64,000 nucleotides of DNA. It comes from Nitrospirota bacterium (GTDB taxonomy: Bacteria > Nitrospirota > UBA9217). How positions within the stretch are numbered: the stretch's first letter is position 1; each line of letters starts with the position of its first letter. This document shows positions 1 to 8,673 of this stretch, piece by piece. Made by a program: the position numbers and the translations under genes. The notes beneath the pieces were generated by a model, which was given only the letters and a program-made list of their open reading frames with translations, had not been told where the DNA came from and did not search any database. The stretch is from NCBI GenBank assembly GCA_963754875.1, contig CAVWHO010000016.1, positions 448,001 through 512,000 on the forward strand, written 5' to 3'.

Positions 1-417
1 GGCTTTAGACCAGAAGTCACCATTTCTGATGTATGATTGTGCAATGACTGATGAAAGTGATTCATCCGAAACTTTAGCAAAAATCTCGCGAAGTTGTGCA
101 AGCCGCGCCTTTATTTCGGTTGCTTTTGGAGATGTTGGATAATTCTTAATCAGACGTTGCCAGTCGTTTAATGCAGTTGAATAACGACCTTCATCAAATG
201 ATAGTTGCCCCATATAGTATAACGCTTCAGCTTTATTTGCAGCAGACGCTTGCGGCTTATTGAGCAGTTCTATAAATATTTCCAATGCACGTGCGCGTAG
301 ATTGTGCGCATAGAAATCTTTTGCGAGTGTGATGTCGTCCGCTTTTGCATTTTCCGTGTACAGCAGTAAAGATAAACAAATAGCGAACACGATGAAAATA
401 GTAGACCTTGTCTTCAT
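1..417 (-). CDS. Secreted TPR protein (BamD/YbgF-like), runs off window edge
   Basis: Manual translation MKTRSTIFIVFAICLSLLLYTENAKADD...AEALYYMGQLSFDEGRYSTALNDWQRLIKNYPTSPKA; signal peptide, TPR pattern, RBS GGAGG upstream; absent from ORF track because open-ended. Confidence 0.75.
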   Translation of the reverse strand, partial: MKTRSTIFIVFAICLSLLLYTENAKADDITLAKDFYAHNLRARALEIFIELLNKPQASAANKAEALYYMGQLSFDEGRYSTALNDWQRLIKNYPTSPKATEIKARLAQLREIFAKVSDESLSSVIAQSYIRNGDFWSKA

Positions 418-637
418 AATATCCTCCTTTTGGGGACAATGTTAAGGCTTCTTTCTGAACGCATTATTCAGAAAGAAGCTGGTTGGACTAAGCCGTTGTG
501 CGCCACGTCGCTATGGGATTTCAAATGATTTGTCAGTTTAAAGCGAGGTCCGTGGAAACGGCATTGGCAGGGGCGTGAGACTTGTTCGAATGAAAAGCGG
601 CGATTCCGGACTGCTCCGCAAGCCCCTTTCGAAAAAG

Positions 638-666
638 ACTATACAGGAAAAAGGATTTTTGGGCAA
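638..666 (-). promoter_or_regulatory. Putative sigma70 promoter
   Basis: TTGCCC-17 bp-TATAGT with TG immediately before the -10 element, on minus strand. Confidence 0.45.
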
Positions 667-775
667 TAGAGTATCGTTGCGAAAGACATGGCTGTTTTCG
701 GGGATGGCTGTCGGGGCAGGGTTGTTCATTTCAGACTTTGCAGTAATCATTTTCGCGGCGGTCCTTTGCAGTTTT

Positions 776-851
776 GTAGGTTGGGCTACGAGTCACAGCC
801 CAACATCTTTTGAATTCTGTTGGGCAGGGTAAAAAATTTTGCCCAACCTAC
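776..851. repeat. GTAG-type REP doublet (REPIN-like)
   Basis: GTAGGTTGGGC..GCCCAAC spacer GTTGGGC..GCCCAACCTAC: two inverted hairpins with terminal GTAG/CTAC. Confidence 0.7.
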
Positions 852-893
852 CGGCTAGGGGACTCTCCAAAAGGAATACGATTCATGTATGAC

Positions 894-952
894 ACCTAAC
901 GCTGAGGTGAGCCACCGAGCCGAGCGAGGATTGCTCGTCTAATTTGTTATCT
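894..952 (-). other. Degenerate attC-like site
   Basis: Minus strand AGATAAC-AAATT-AGACGAGC...GCTCACC-TCAGC-GTTAGGT, 59 bp; R' box fits GTTRRRY, left half pairs poorly. Confidence 0.4.
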
Positions 953-1032
953 TACTTTGTTGGCTCGAGATGTACATCGCACGCCCCTGCTTCGCAACGG
1001 GTGCAACAACTTTCCTCTCGGGTCCCGCTTGC

Positions 1033-1521
1033 TTACTTCTTCTCTTTTAGTTTCGAGTATTGTTGAACCCTATTATACAAGTTGACAAAGTCTTTATAAT
1101 ATTCTGAATCTTCCTTCTGCAATGCGGTGATGTACGCCTTGACTTCCTTATTTTCATAAGTATCAACTATGTTATCCCAAAACCACGAATAAACATCTTC
1201 ATCGGAAATGAGATCACGCTCCCGTGCGTCTTCTATTGAAGATAAATCTCCTAAATATATATCCAAGTCGTCTGTAGTAATCTTCTTTGCAATAACGGGT
1301 CGATTATGTTCAATTGCTAAATATATATTAGCATTGAGCCCTTCCCGCAACCTTGAATCTAGTTTCCATAGTATATCAAAAGTGTTTTTGTCCACAGCTT
1401 GCCGGTTTTGCTTTATCTGATAAGGGATTTGAAATAATGCAGTTACACCGACAATCATAACAATAAGCTGTAGTATTTTCGAGATACGCTCAAATCTGTC
1501 CCATTTCGTTAACGGTTTCAT
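1033..1521 (-). CDS. Hypothetical protein with N-terminal TM helix (DUF4760-like), cassette-like gene
   Basis: 162-aa ORF, AT-rich codon usage, hydrophobic ILQLIVMIVGVTALF then helical domain. Confidence 0.7.
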   Translation of the reverse strand: MKPLTKWDRFERISKILQLIVMIVGVTALFQIPYQIKQNRQAVDKNTFDILWKLDSRLREGLNANIYLAIEHNRPVIAKKITTDDLDIYLGDLSSIEDARERDLISDEDVYSWFWDNIVDTYENKEVKAYITALQKEDSEYYKDFVNLYNRVQQYSKLKEKK

Positions 1522-1682
1522 CGCTTTTCTATCTCCCTACGATGCTAACGATATGTGAAGACAACCACCAGCTTGGTTTTACATGTAACGCCAGTTATTG
1601 AGTAGCCCCCCTAGATAACATCGGATTTACGTTGTTATCTAGTTTAGCAATGAATGTGTCATTATTCACTGCATTTCGGTCG

Positions 1683-1711
1683 AATATATACCCGATTCAA
1701 TTCTATGTCAA
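1683..1711 (-). promoter_or_regulatory. Near-consensus sigma70 promoter facing the left-hand gene array
   Basis: TTGACA-17 bp-TATATT on minus strand. Confidence 0.65.
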
Positions 1712-1840
1712 CGTCGTCGAATGGGTATTTGTGGGGTAGACGCCGGCAAATTTAGGGTGGATCTTTATGTTGTCATGAGTGTTGAAAAGAGTGACGATTC
1801 CTGGCGAGGTGAGTTCTTCTATATATATTAGAATGGTGGA

Positions 1841-1933
1841 TTATGTCGAAAGAGCACGACATCCCTTTTCCACAGCGTCCTCCTCGTCAGCCTTGCCCGC
1901 ACCGATGACGCCGATGATTTTTCGCTGAGTCAT
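1841..1933 (-). pseudogene. 5' fragment of TIGR00725/LOG-family Rossmann-fold protein
   Basis: MTQRKIIGVIGAGKADEE then loss of similarity and early stop where composition turns AT-rich. Confidence 0.5.
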
Positions 1934-2139
1934 GTAAGCATCCCTGCGCAGTTTGAAGATCATAAAACCTTAGCAGGGGAAAGGGGGAATTGAAATGCGA
2001 AAGGGGGAGGCAAGCTGTTCAAACGGTCGTGATCCCCATTTTCCCGGCTTTCTTCTCCCTTTCTCCTGCAAAGGTTTTTCTTGGCATTAAACCTACACTT
2101 ACCGACTCAAATATTGAACGTTTTTCCGCTGTGAATGAG

Positions 2140-3009
2140 TTACGGCAGTTTCCCGCACCACTCCTCGATGGTTGTCCTCATCTCCACGGGCCTCTCAGTC
2201 GGTATCCAGTGGTGGGAGTCGAGCACGACGGTCGTGCAGTTCTCGAGCATCTCGCAGAGTTCCCGGGCAATGGCCGGATCGCTGAATACCTTTCCGGTCG
2301 AGAACAGGAGCAGCACCGGCTTCTTAATATCGAGAAGAGAGGGAAGCTGCCGGTTGAGCTCGCGCAGGCTCTGGAGATAGGCTGTGGTGGGGAGGAACTT
2401 CAGATCATACCAGATCGATGCGTAGCGTTTCGTGATCGCCCCGGTCTGCTCCGGTGATTTCATCAATTCACGGGTTTCCCTGTCCAGCTCGCGGAGGTCC
2501 AGCTGCGGCAGGTGACGACGGTACACACCCAGATGGTTCAGCAGCCTGAGGATTGCGATGATCGGAGGAAGTACGAACAGATAGGGACGGAGCTTTCTTA
2601 ACCCGCCGGCAAAAGAGCGGGGATAGAGCGGCTCGATCAGGATGAGGCCTTCTGTTCTTGCTGAATGACGGATCGCGAAATGGATCGCAAGGTTGGCGCC
2701 CAGGCAGTGGCCAACGAGGACGGCGCGGGAATAGCCTTCAGCAGCGAGGATAGCGGCAATATCGTCGCACCACGCTTCAATGGTGATGGGGCCGCGGGAG
2801 ATCGACCTGCCGTTGCCGCGCAGATCGATCCGCAGGATGTCCCGGGAGTTCTTGAGCGAGGTCTCTTCCACGAATTCCGACCAGCGCGTCAGATTGCTCG
2901 CCATGCCGTGGAGCAGCACAACAACCGGCCGTGGCTCAGGTCCGCGGAAGACCCGGTAGGCTATCGTCGCGCCGTCGCGGGCGGTTAATGTGCGGGAAGT
3001 TTCGATCAT
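2140..3009 (-). CDS. Alpha/beta hydrolase
   Basis: VVLLHG, DLRGNGRS, nucleophile-elbow GHCLG (Cys in place of Ser), C-terminal His in SHHWIP; ATG at 3009 preferred. Confidence 0.85.
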   Translation of the reverse strand: MIETSRTLTARDGATIAYRVFRGPEPRPVVVLLHGMASNLTRWSEFVEETSLKNSRDILRIDLRGNGRSISRGPITIEAWCDDIAAILAAEGYSRAVLVGHCLGANLAIHFAIRHSARTEGLILIEPLYPRSFAGGLRKLRPYLFVLPPIIAILRLLNHLGVYRRHLPQLDLRELDRETRELMKSPEQTGAITKRYASIWYDLKFLPTTAYLQSLRELNRQLPSLLDIKKPVLLLFSTGKVFSDPAIARELCEMLENCTTVVLDSHHWIPTERPVEMRTTIEEWCGKLP

Positions 3010-3053
3010 CGTTCCTGCCTGTACGAATGGAACTCTTCTAAGCAATTTCCCCT

Positions 3054-3126
3054 GTCATTCCGGGCTTGAACCCGGAATCCAGCGGCTTTTCTTTTTTTTC
3101 TGGATTCCCGCTTTCGCGGGAATGAC
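3054..3126. repeat. GTCATTCC...GGAATGAC REP-like palindromic element
   Basis: GTCATTCCGGGCTTGAACCCGGAATCCAG ... CTGGATTCCCGCTTTCGCGGGAATGAC; related degenerate copy at 37078-37133. Confidence 0.75.
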
Positions 3127-3152
3127 GATCTTTGAACAGAGCACCGGCGACT

Positions 3153-3971
3153 TTACGGGCACTCGCGCTTGCGGACTTGCTGGTCCAAGGGACGTTGGAG
3201 CACCTCCTGGATCTGCGGAATGACCTCCAGCGCGGCACGGTGCCCTTCGGCGATCAGTTCGTCTATCTGCTTCACGTCCATGCGTCGAAATCCGGACAAA
3301 CAGGGTTCGATCACCAGGTCGGCATCCTTTACCTGTTCTTTCGTGTTTTCGTCGATGGCAATATCGAAGGCATTAAAAAGAACATCGATGATGTCCTCGG
3401 GCACGCGGTACTTGCGCTCGGCACTCAGGTTCACGGCCACGACCACACCCGCGCCCATGGAACGGAGCGGAGAAACAGGCACGTCCTCGACGATCCCTCC
3501 GTCCATCAGCATCCTGCCGTCGACACGTACCGGCAGATAGATGCCCGCCATGGCGCTGCTCGCCATGACCGCAGGAGCGACCTCGCCTTTTTGCAGCACC
3601 ACTTTCTCTCCGGAGCTGATGTCCGTAGCCATGATCGCGAGGGGAATAGGCGCATCTTCGATCCTGGCCTTGCCGATGGCAGCCAGAATGAGCTTCCCCA
3701 GCTCTTCATTCGAGAACAGCGCAAACCGCGAGAGCTTCAGCTTCGAGATCCTGACGGGGGTCATTCCCTGCCCTATGCGCCTGATCTCGGGAAGCGGCAC
3801 GCCGAAGGCATACAACGCCGCTGCAAACGCGCCGATGCTCGTGCCGGAAAGATAATCCGGCCGAAGGCCGTTCTCTTCAAGGGCCTGGAGCACGCCGATG
3901 TGCGCAAGACCGCGCGTGGCCCCGCCGCTCAGGGCAAGGCCGAGTTTCTGTTTTCCGGGAAACATGCTCAT
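3153..3971 (-). CDS. Patatin-like phospholipase (RssA family)
   Basis: GGATRG, GTSIG and DGG motifs. Confidence 0.92.
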   Translation of the reverse strand: MSMFPGKQKLGLALSGGATRGLAHIGVLQALEENGLRPDYLSGTSIGAFAAALYAFGVPLPEIRRIGQGMTPVRISKLKLSRFALFSNEELGKLILAAIGKARIEDAPIPLAIMATDISSGEKVVLQKGEVAPAVMASSAMAGIYLPVRVDGRMLMDGGIVEDVPVSPLRSMGAGVVVAVNLSAERKYRVPEDIIDVLFNAFDIAIDENTKEQVKDADLVIEPCLSGFRRMDVKQIDELIAEGHRAALEVIPQIQEVLQRPLDQQVRKRECP

Positions 3972-4270
3972 GGATATCGACGTCCGGCAAGCGGTTCAAG
4001 ATAACCGGGTGCGCTCGCCGGAAAAGAGAATTTGCAGCTCGCGGGAGGGACTGAAGATGAGAAGGAAGTGTGTGGAAGAAAAAATGTACGTCCAATCTGC
4101 TCAGCTTCTCGTGTCCGCGCATCTTAACGGATCCCGATCTTCCTGAAAGCAGAACAAATGCCGATCGTCGTTCTGCATCTGTTCACTCGTTACTATAGGT
4201 CGTTTGCCCGCCCTTGTCAAGAAATCGAAAAACCGGCACGCCGGGATGTTCAACGCGAAAAGAGCACGAT

Positions 4271-4921
4271 TTATCTGGCAGAGGACATCGGGACCGCCAG
4301 GGCCTTGCGAAGGGTCTTGGAGGTGCCGAAACGCTCCTTGAATTGCGAGTCAGCCCACTGATAGTCGTCTCGTATCATCACTTCTTTCAGCTTGTTGTTT
4401 TCGTCACGGTAATATTGGATCGTGCCGATATAGACGGCTTCGTCATCAGGCAGAACTTCGATCTGGAAAGGGCTGCTGAAGGTGTGGTACGTAATGTGGT
4501 AGGGAAGATCGTACTCGGTATAGAATGTGCCGCCGGACACGAAAAAGGTCGAGCCCTTCGGGACCTTGATGAAAAATTCTTTTTCCAGCGTCGTTGCAAA
4601 GGAGCCCTCGAACGTGGACGGCTTGCTCTTGGTCAAGTCCCTGGGCCGGTCCCCGCCGTACAGGATGAAGGCGTTTCTCAGCTCCTCGCCCTGCGACGTT
4701 TTCAGCGTCTGCTCTCCTTCCTGGAGCGGCGGATGCAATTCTATCCGCCCCACGATGATCGCCTTGTCCGGCGCTACGTTCATCAGGCTCGTGACCTGCG
4801 GTTCCGGCTGCCCGGACCCCATCGTCATCGTTGCGCAGGCACAGACCGACAGTACTGCAGCAGCGAAGCAGGGGACCAGGAAGCAGCGCTTTACCGATCG
4901 GTCATGCATACGGTTCCGCAC
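4271..4921 (-). CDS. Hypothetical lipoprotein
   Basis: Hydrophobic N-terminus ending SVCAC; 216-aa ORF directly after usp gene. Confidence 0.7.
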   Translation of the reverse strand: MRNRMHDRSVKRCFLVPCFAAAVLSVCACATMTMGSGQPEPQVTSLMNVAPDKAIIVGRIELHPPLQEGEQTLKTSQGEELRNAFILYGGDRPRDLTKSKPSTFEGSFATTLEKEFFIKVPKGSTFFVSGGTFYTEYDLPYHITYHTFSSPFQIEVLPDDEAVYIGTIQYYRDENNKLKEVMIRDDYQWADSQFKERFGTSKTLRKALAVPMSSAR

Positions 4922-4924
4922 CGC

Positions 4925-5395
4925 CTACCCCACGATCGTCACGATCAGGCCCGATGCCTGGGTCGCGATCCTGTTGCTGACCGTGCCGAGGACGTTCTTC
5001 GGCGAGTGGTGGAACCTGCCGACCACGATGGTCTCGTAACCCCCGTCTCTGGCCTCTTCGATGATGCTGTCCGCAACGTCGGTCGAATCGGAGACGAACT
5101 TCGTCTGGACCCGGCTCGCGGAAAAGCCCTTGGAGGTCAAAACTGCCACGGCCTTCTTGAACAGCGGCTCCATTTTTTCCTTCTGAGCATCGAGCCATTT
5201 GTCCACGACCTTTTTCCGGTCTTGTTTCTCGCCCTCGGAAAGGATGTGCCCTTCGTCCCAGAAGATGGCAGGAAGGTTCGGCAGGATGTGCACCAGGCCG
5301 ACCTGAACGCCGTCGGTCGCGAACTGCTGCGCAACGTATTCAACTGCCTTCATTGCGCTCGAAGAATCGTCTATTGCGATAAGCATTTTTTTCAT
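4925..5395 (-). CDS. Universal stress protein
   Basis: KKMLIAIDDS...AVEY, TIVVGR...LGTVSNRI. Confidence 0.9.
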   Translation of the reverse strand: MKKMLIAIDDSSSAMKAVEYVAQQFATDGVQVGLVHILPNLPAIFWDEGHILSEGEKQDRKKVVDKWLDAQKEKMEPLFKKAVAVLTSKGFSASRVQTKFVSDSTDVADSIIEEARDGGYETIVVGRFHHSPKNVLGTVSNRIATQASGLIVTIVG

Positions 5396-5562
5396 GTCCG
5401 TTCCCTCCGGGGAAATTATGCCGTAGACCGGTTGCTGTTCCGATCTTGACGGATAGGGTTGTTGAGAGCAGCATCAGGAGAAAAGAATATCTATGAAAAA
5501 GATAATCTAAATAAAGCGAAAAGGCAAGTTTGCGAAGAAAAAAAAGAGGGAGATTGCGGGTC

Positions 5563-6402
5563 TTAGCCGGTCCCGTTTCCCTGGATCGTCCGGACAAACT
5601 GCTCGGCGATGCGGCCGTTCCTGCCCCCGGCGCCGAGCGCCCACTGGATCGCCATACGATCGAGCTTGTCCTTGTCCATGTGGACCCCGTACTTCGCTGC
5701 ATAGGAGGCAACGATCTCAAGGTAGGTGTCCTGCGAAAAATGGTAAAAGCCGAGCCGCAGGCCGAACCGGTCTACGAGCGAGACTTTCTCCTCGACCGTG
5801 TCCGAGGGCCGGATCTCGTCGCTCTCGTTGTCCGAAAACTTCGTGGGAATCAGGTGTTTCCGGTTCGACGTGGCGTAAAACAGGACGTTTTCGGGGATCT
5901 CCTCCAGCCCGCCGTCCATGATCGTTTTCATTTCCTTGTAATCGGTCTGGCTCTCCTCGAACGAAAGGTCGTCGATGAACAGGATGAACCGGTAGGGCCG
6001 GCTTCGCCAGAGGAGGTCGTACAGGCCCTGGACCGTGAGGATGTCGTGCTTGTAGACCTGGATCATCCGGAGCGGCGTGTTGTCGAAGACCGTGAGGAGG
6101 GACTTCATGAGCGACGACTTGCCCGTGCCACGCTCGCCCCAGAGCAGCACGTTGTTCGCTTTCCTGCCGTCGACGAAATTCTTCGTGTTGTTCACGACCT
6201 CTTTCTTGATGGACTCGATGCCGATCAGGTCGTCCTGGTCGATCCGGACCGGCCGCTTGATGGGCTGTATCGTCCTCCGCTTCCCGTCCCAGAGGAAGGC
6301 CTGGTATTTCAGGAAAAGGGGCTCTTCCGGTCCGTTGTCCACGTAGCGGTCGAGCAGCTTGTCGAGTTTGACTAACAAATGTCCGATCTTCGTTTTTTCC
6401 AT
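5563..6402 (-). CDS. DUF815 family AAA+ ATPase
   Basis: NNVLLWGERGTGKSS, FIDDLSF, YATSNRKHL, EEKVSLVDRFGL. Confidence 0.93.
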   Translation of the reverse strand: MEKTKIGHLLVKLDKLLDRYVDNGPEEPLFLKYQAFLWDGKRRTIQPIKRPVRIDQDDLIGIESIKKEVVNNTKNFVDGRKANNVLLWGERGTGKSSLMKSLLTVFDNTPLRMIQVYKHDILTVQGLYDLLWRSRPYRFILFIDDLSFEESQTDYKEMKTIMDGGLEEIPENVLFYATSNRKHLIPTKFSDNESDEIRPSDTVEEKVSLVDRFGLRLGFYHFSQDTYLEIVASYAAKYGVHMDKDKLDRMAIQWALGAGGRNGRIAEQFVRTIQGNGTG

Positions 6403-6521
6403 AGGAGGACAGGATTACACCTTTCGCCGGCGGCCACAAGAGTTTTTCCCGAGAAGGCGCGCCCGGCGCATATGACCGCAGGGGCCGCTTTCGGACCGCG
6501 ACAGGGCACAGAACAGGAGCA

Positions 6522-7274
6522 TCAGTTTATGTCCCGGGTGACTTCGTCCCTGATGAACCGGCGTATGCGCTCCTGGTCTTGCGGGGAGATCCGCACGAAC
6601 TGCAGTCCCATGCCCGGCTCATCCAGCGGGGCATCTCCGGCCTGGTGGCTGTAGATGACCACGGCGTCAGCGGTAATTCCTCCTCCGGCAAGATGGATCC
6701 GGACAGGCAGTTTCGTGTTCAGCGGCCGGGGATCGAGGGTGCGCACGTAGACCCCGTGTTCGGACAGGACCGATGCGCATTCGCCTTCAATGCACTCGAC
6801 GGTCTGGTTGTTCACCGTTACCGACAGTTTGGTGTTGATGCGTATGTTCATGCGCGGCATGGGTTCCGTGGCCACCTGCACCACGCGGTACAGGTCCTCG
6901 GCCTTGACCGGCATGGAGAGGCAGGTAAGCGCTCCTGCAGTGAGGCACGCCCGTTCGGCCGCAGGATCGGCCTCGCGGGTGAGCATGATAATGGGAATGT
7001 TGCGGGCGACCTGGTTTTGTTTAAGCTGTTTTATGAACTCGAAGCCAGACATGTCCTCAAGGTGCTGAGCTATGAGGAAAAGGGCCGGCACGGCGATGCT
7101 CGCCATTTCCAGGGCCTCCGCCGCGCTCTGGGCCGACCAGATATTGTACTGGAACCGCTGAAGAAGCGTGGTTGTATAGAAGAGGGCCTCGATGTCGCTG
7201 TCGACAACGAGCAGGAACCGAGGGCGGCCGACAGAATGTGAGGCCGATGAGGTACGAGGTGCTGCCATGTTCAA
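6522..7274 (-). CDS. Receiver (atypical) plus PilZ domain protein
   Basis: N-terminal REC fold (LLVVDSD, PIIMLT), C-terminal RMNIR...GMGLQF PilZ. Confidence 0.85.
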   Translation of the reverse strand: MNMAAPRTSSASHSVGRPRFLLVVDSDIEALFYTTTLLQRFQYNIWSAQSAAEALEMASIAVPALFLIAQHLEDMSGFEFIKQLKQNQVARNIPIIMLTREADPAAERACLTAGALTCLSMPVKAEDLYRVVQVATEPMPRMNIRINTKLSVTVNNQTVECIEGECASVLSEHGVYVRTLDPRPLNTKLPVRIHLAGGGITADAVVIYSHQAGDAPLDEPGMGLQFVRISPQDQERIRRFIRDEVTRDIN

Positions 7275-7406
7275 CGCTCCGTTTCACAGCCGATGATACT
7301 CCTTAGCTGAGAAATTTCGACAAGTAGGCGGTACAGACAAAATTTCGACGAGTCGGCAATACAGGGAATGGCGAATGATCATCCTGTCACAAGGCCTGCA
7401 TGCATC

Positions 7407-8525
7407 CTATTTCTTCGCCGTCACCGGCTCGTAGGTGCAGAACGGCTCGGCCGCGAGGTAGTCGCCGGAGATGGCATAGGCCCTCGCGCGGCAACCGCCG
7501 CAGACCCGGCGGTATTCGCAGATGCCGCACTTGCCGTGGTAATGGTCGAGATCGCGCATTTGCAGGAACAGCTGCGAGGTGTTCCATACTTTTGAAAACG
7601 GTTCTTTCTTGATATCGCCCGCCTCTTCCTCGAGGAAGCCGCAGATCTGCACCTTGCCGACGTGCGACACGAAGGCGAAGCTCTGGCCGCCCATGCAGCC
7701 CTTGGTCATGGCATCGAGGCCGTGCGTTTCCGGCGTCACGGTCTTGCCCTTTTCTTTCTCACCTTGGCGGAAGATGCGGTAGTAATGCGGGGCGCAGGTC
7801 GGCTTGAACTGGATCGGCGACTTATCGCGCATCTCGTAGAACCACTTGAGCGTGCTCTCGTATTCCGCGGGCGGGATCTCCTGGTCGGCCAGATCCTTGC
7901 CCCGTCCCGTGGGCACGAGCAGGAAGGGATGGTAGGCCACAGCCCCGAGGCCGATCACCATGTCGAGGAGCTTCGGCAGGTCCTTCACATTGTGCTTGGT
8001 GATGGTGGTGTTCACCTGGAACTCCATGCCGACCTTCTTGAAGTTCTCAATGGCCTTCATCACACCTTCAAAGGCCCCTTCCACGCGGCGGAACGCGTTG
8101 TGGCTCTTTGCGTCGAGGCCGTCGATCGAAAGCGACACGCGCATGATGCCCGAGTCCTTGATCTTCTGCGCAAGCTCCTCGGTCACGAGCAAACCGCAGG
8201 GCGCCATGACCATGCGGAGCCCGAGCTTCGTGCCGTACGCGGCAATGTCGTAAATGTCGGGCCGCATCATGGGCTCACCGCCGGTCAGGATGATGATGGG
8301 ATCGCTGAATGACTTGACATCGTCGAGAAACCGATGACACTCTTCCGTATTGAGTTCGCCCGCATACGGACCGTATTTTGCCGCGGCCCGGCAATGGACG
8401 CAGTTCAGGACGCAGCTTCTCGTCACTTCCCAGGCGATCAGCCGGGGGAGATATTTTTTTTCTTTGCCCACACCTGCGGGATGGCCGTGCCCGTGGGGCG
8501 CTTTGGTTGCATGAGGATGGGACAT
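7407..8525 (-). CDS. ahbD: Radical SAM/SPASM heme b synthase (AhbD/NirJ2-like)
   Basis: LIAWEVTRSCVLNCVHCRA, TCAPHYYR, GCMGG, GKCGICEY..CGGCRARA; RBS AGGAG before ATG 8525. Confidence 0.8.
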   Translation of the reverse strand: MSHPHATKAPHGHGHPAGVGKEKKYLPRLIAWEVTRSCVLNCVHCRAAAKYGPYAGELNTEECHRFLDDVKSFSDPIIILTGGEPMMRPDIYDIAAYGTKLGLRMVMAPCGLLVTEELAQKIKDSGIMRVSLSIDGLDAKSHNAFRRVEGAFEGVMKAIENFKKVGMEFQVNTTITKHNVKDLPKLLDMVIGLGAVAYHPFLLVPTGRGKDLADQEIPPAEYESTLKWFYEMRDKSPIQFKPTCAPHYYRIFRQGEKEKGKTVTPETHGLDAMTKGCMGGQSFAFVSHVGKVQICGFLEEEAGDIKKEPFSKVWNTSQLFLQMRDLDHYHGKCGICEYRRVCGGCRARAYAISGDYLAAEPFCTYEPVTAKK

Positions 8526-8673
8526 GGGGACTCCTTTGATAAAGTCTGCCAAGCGGAGAGAAAAGCTGACAAGCCTGCAAGCTTACAAGCGGAAAAATCA
8601 TATTTTCTCTTGCTCTGTGGCTGATTTGAATTGTATATTCTAACCAATCAAGCGGGAATAGTAAAGGCCAAAG

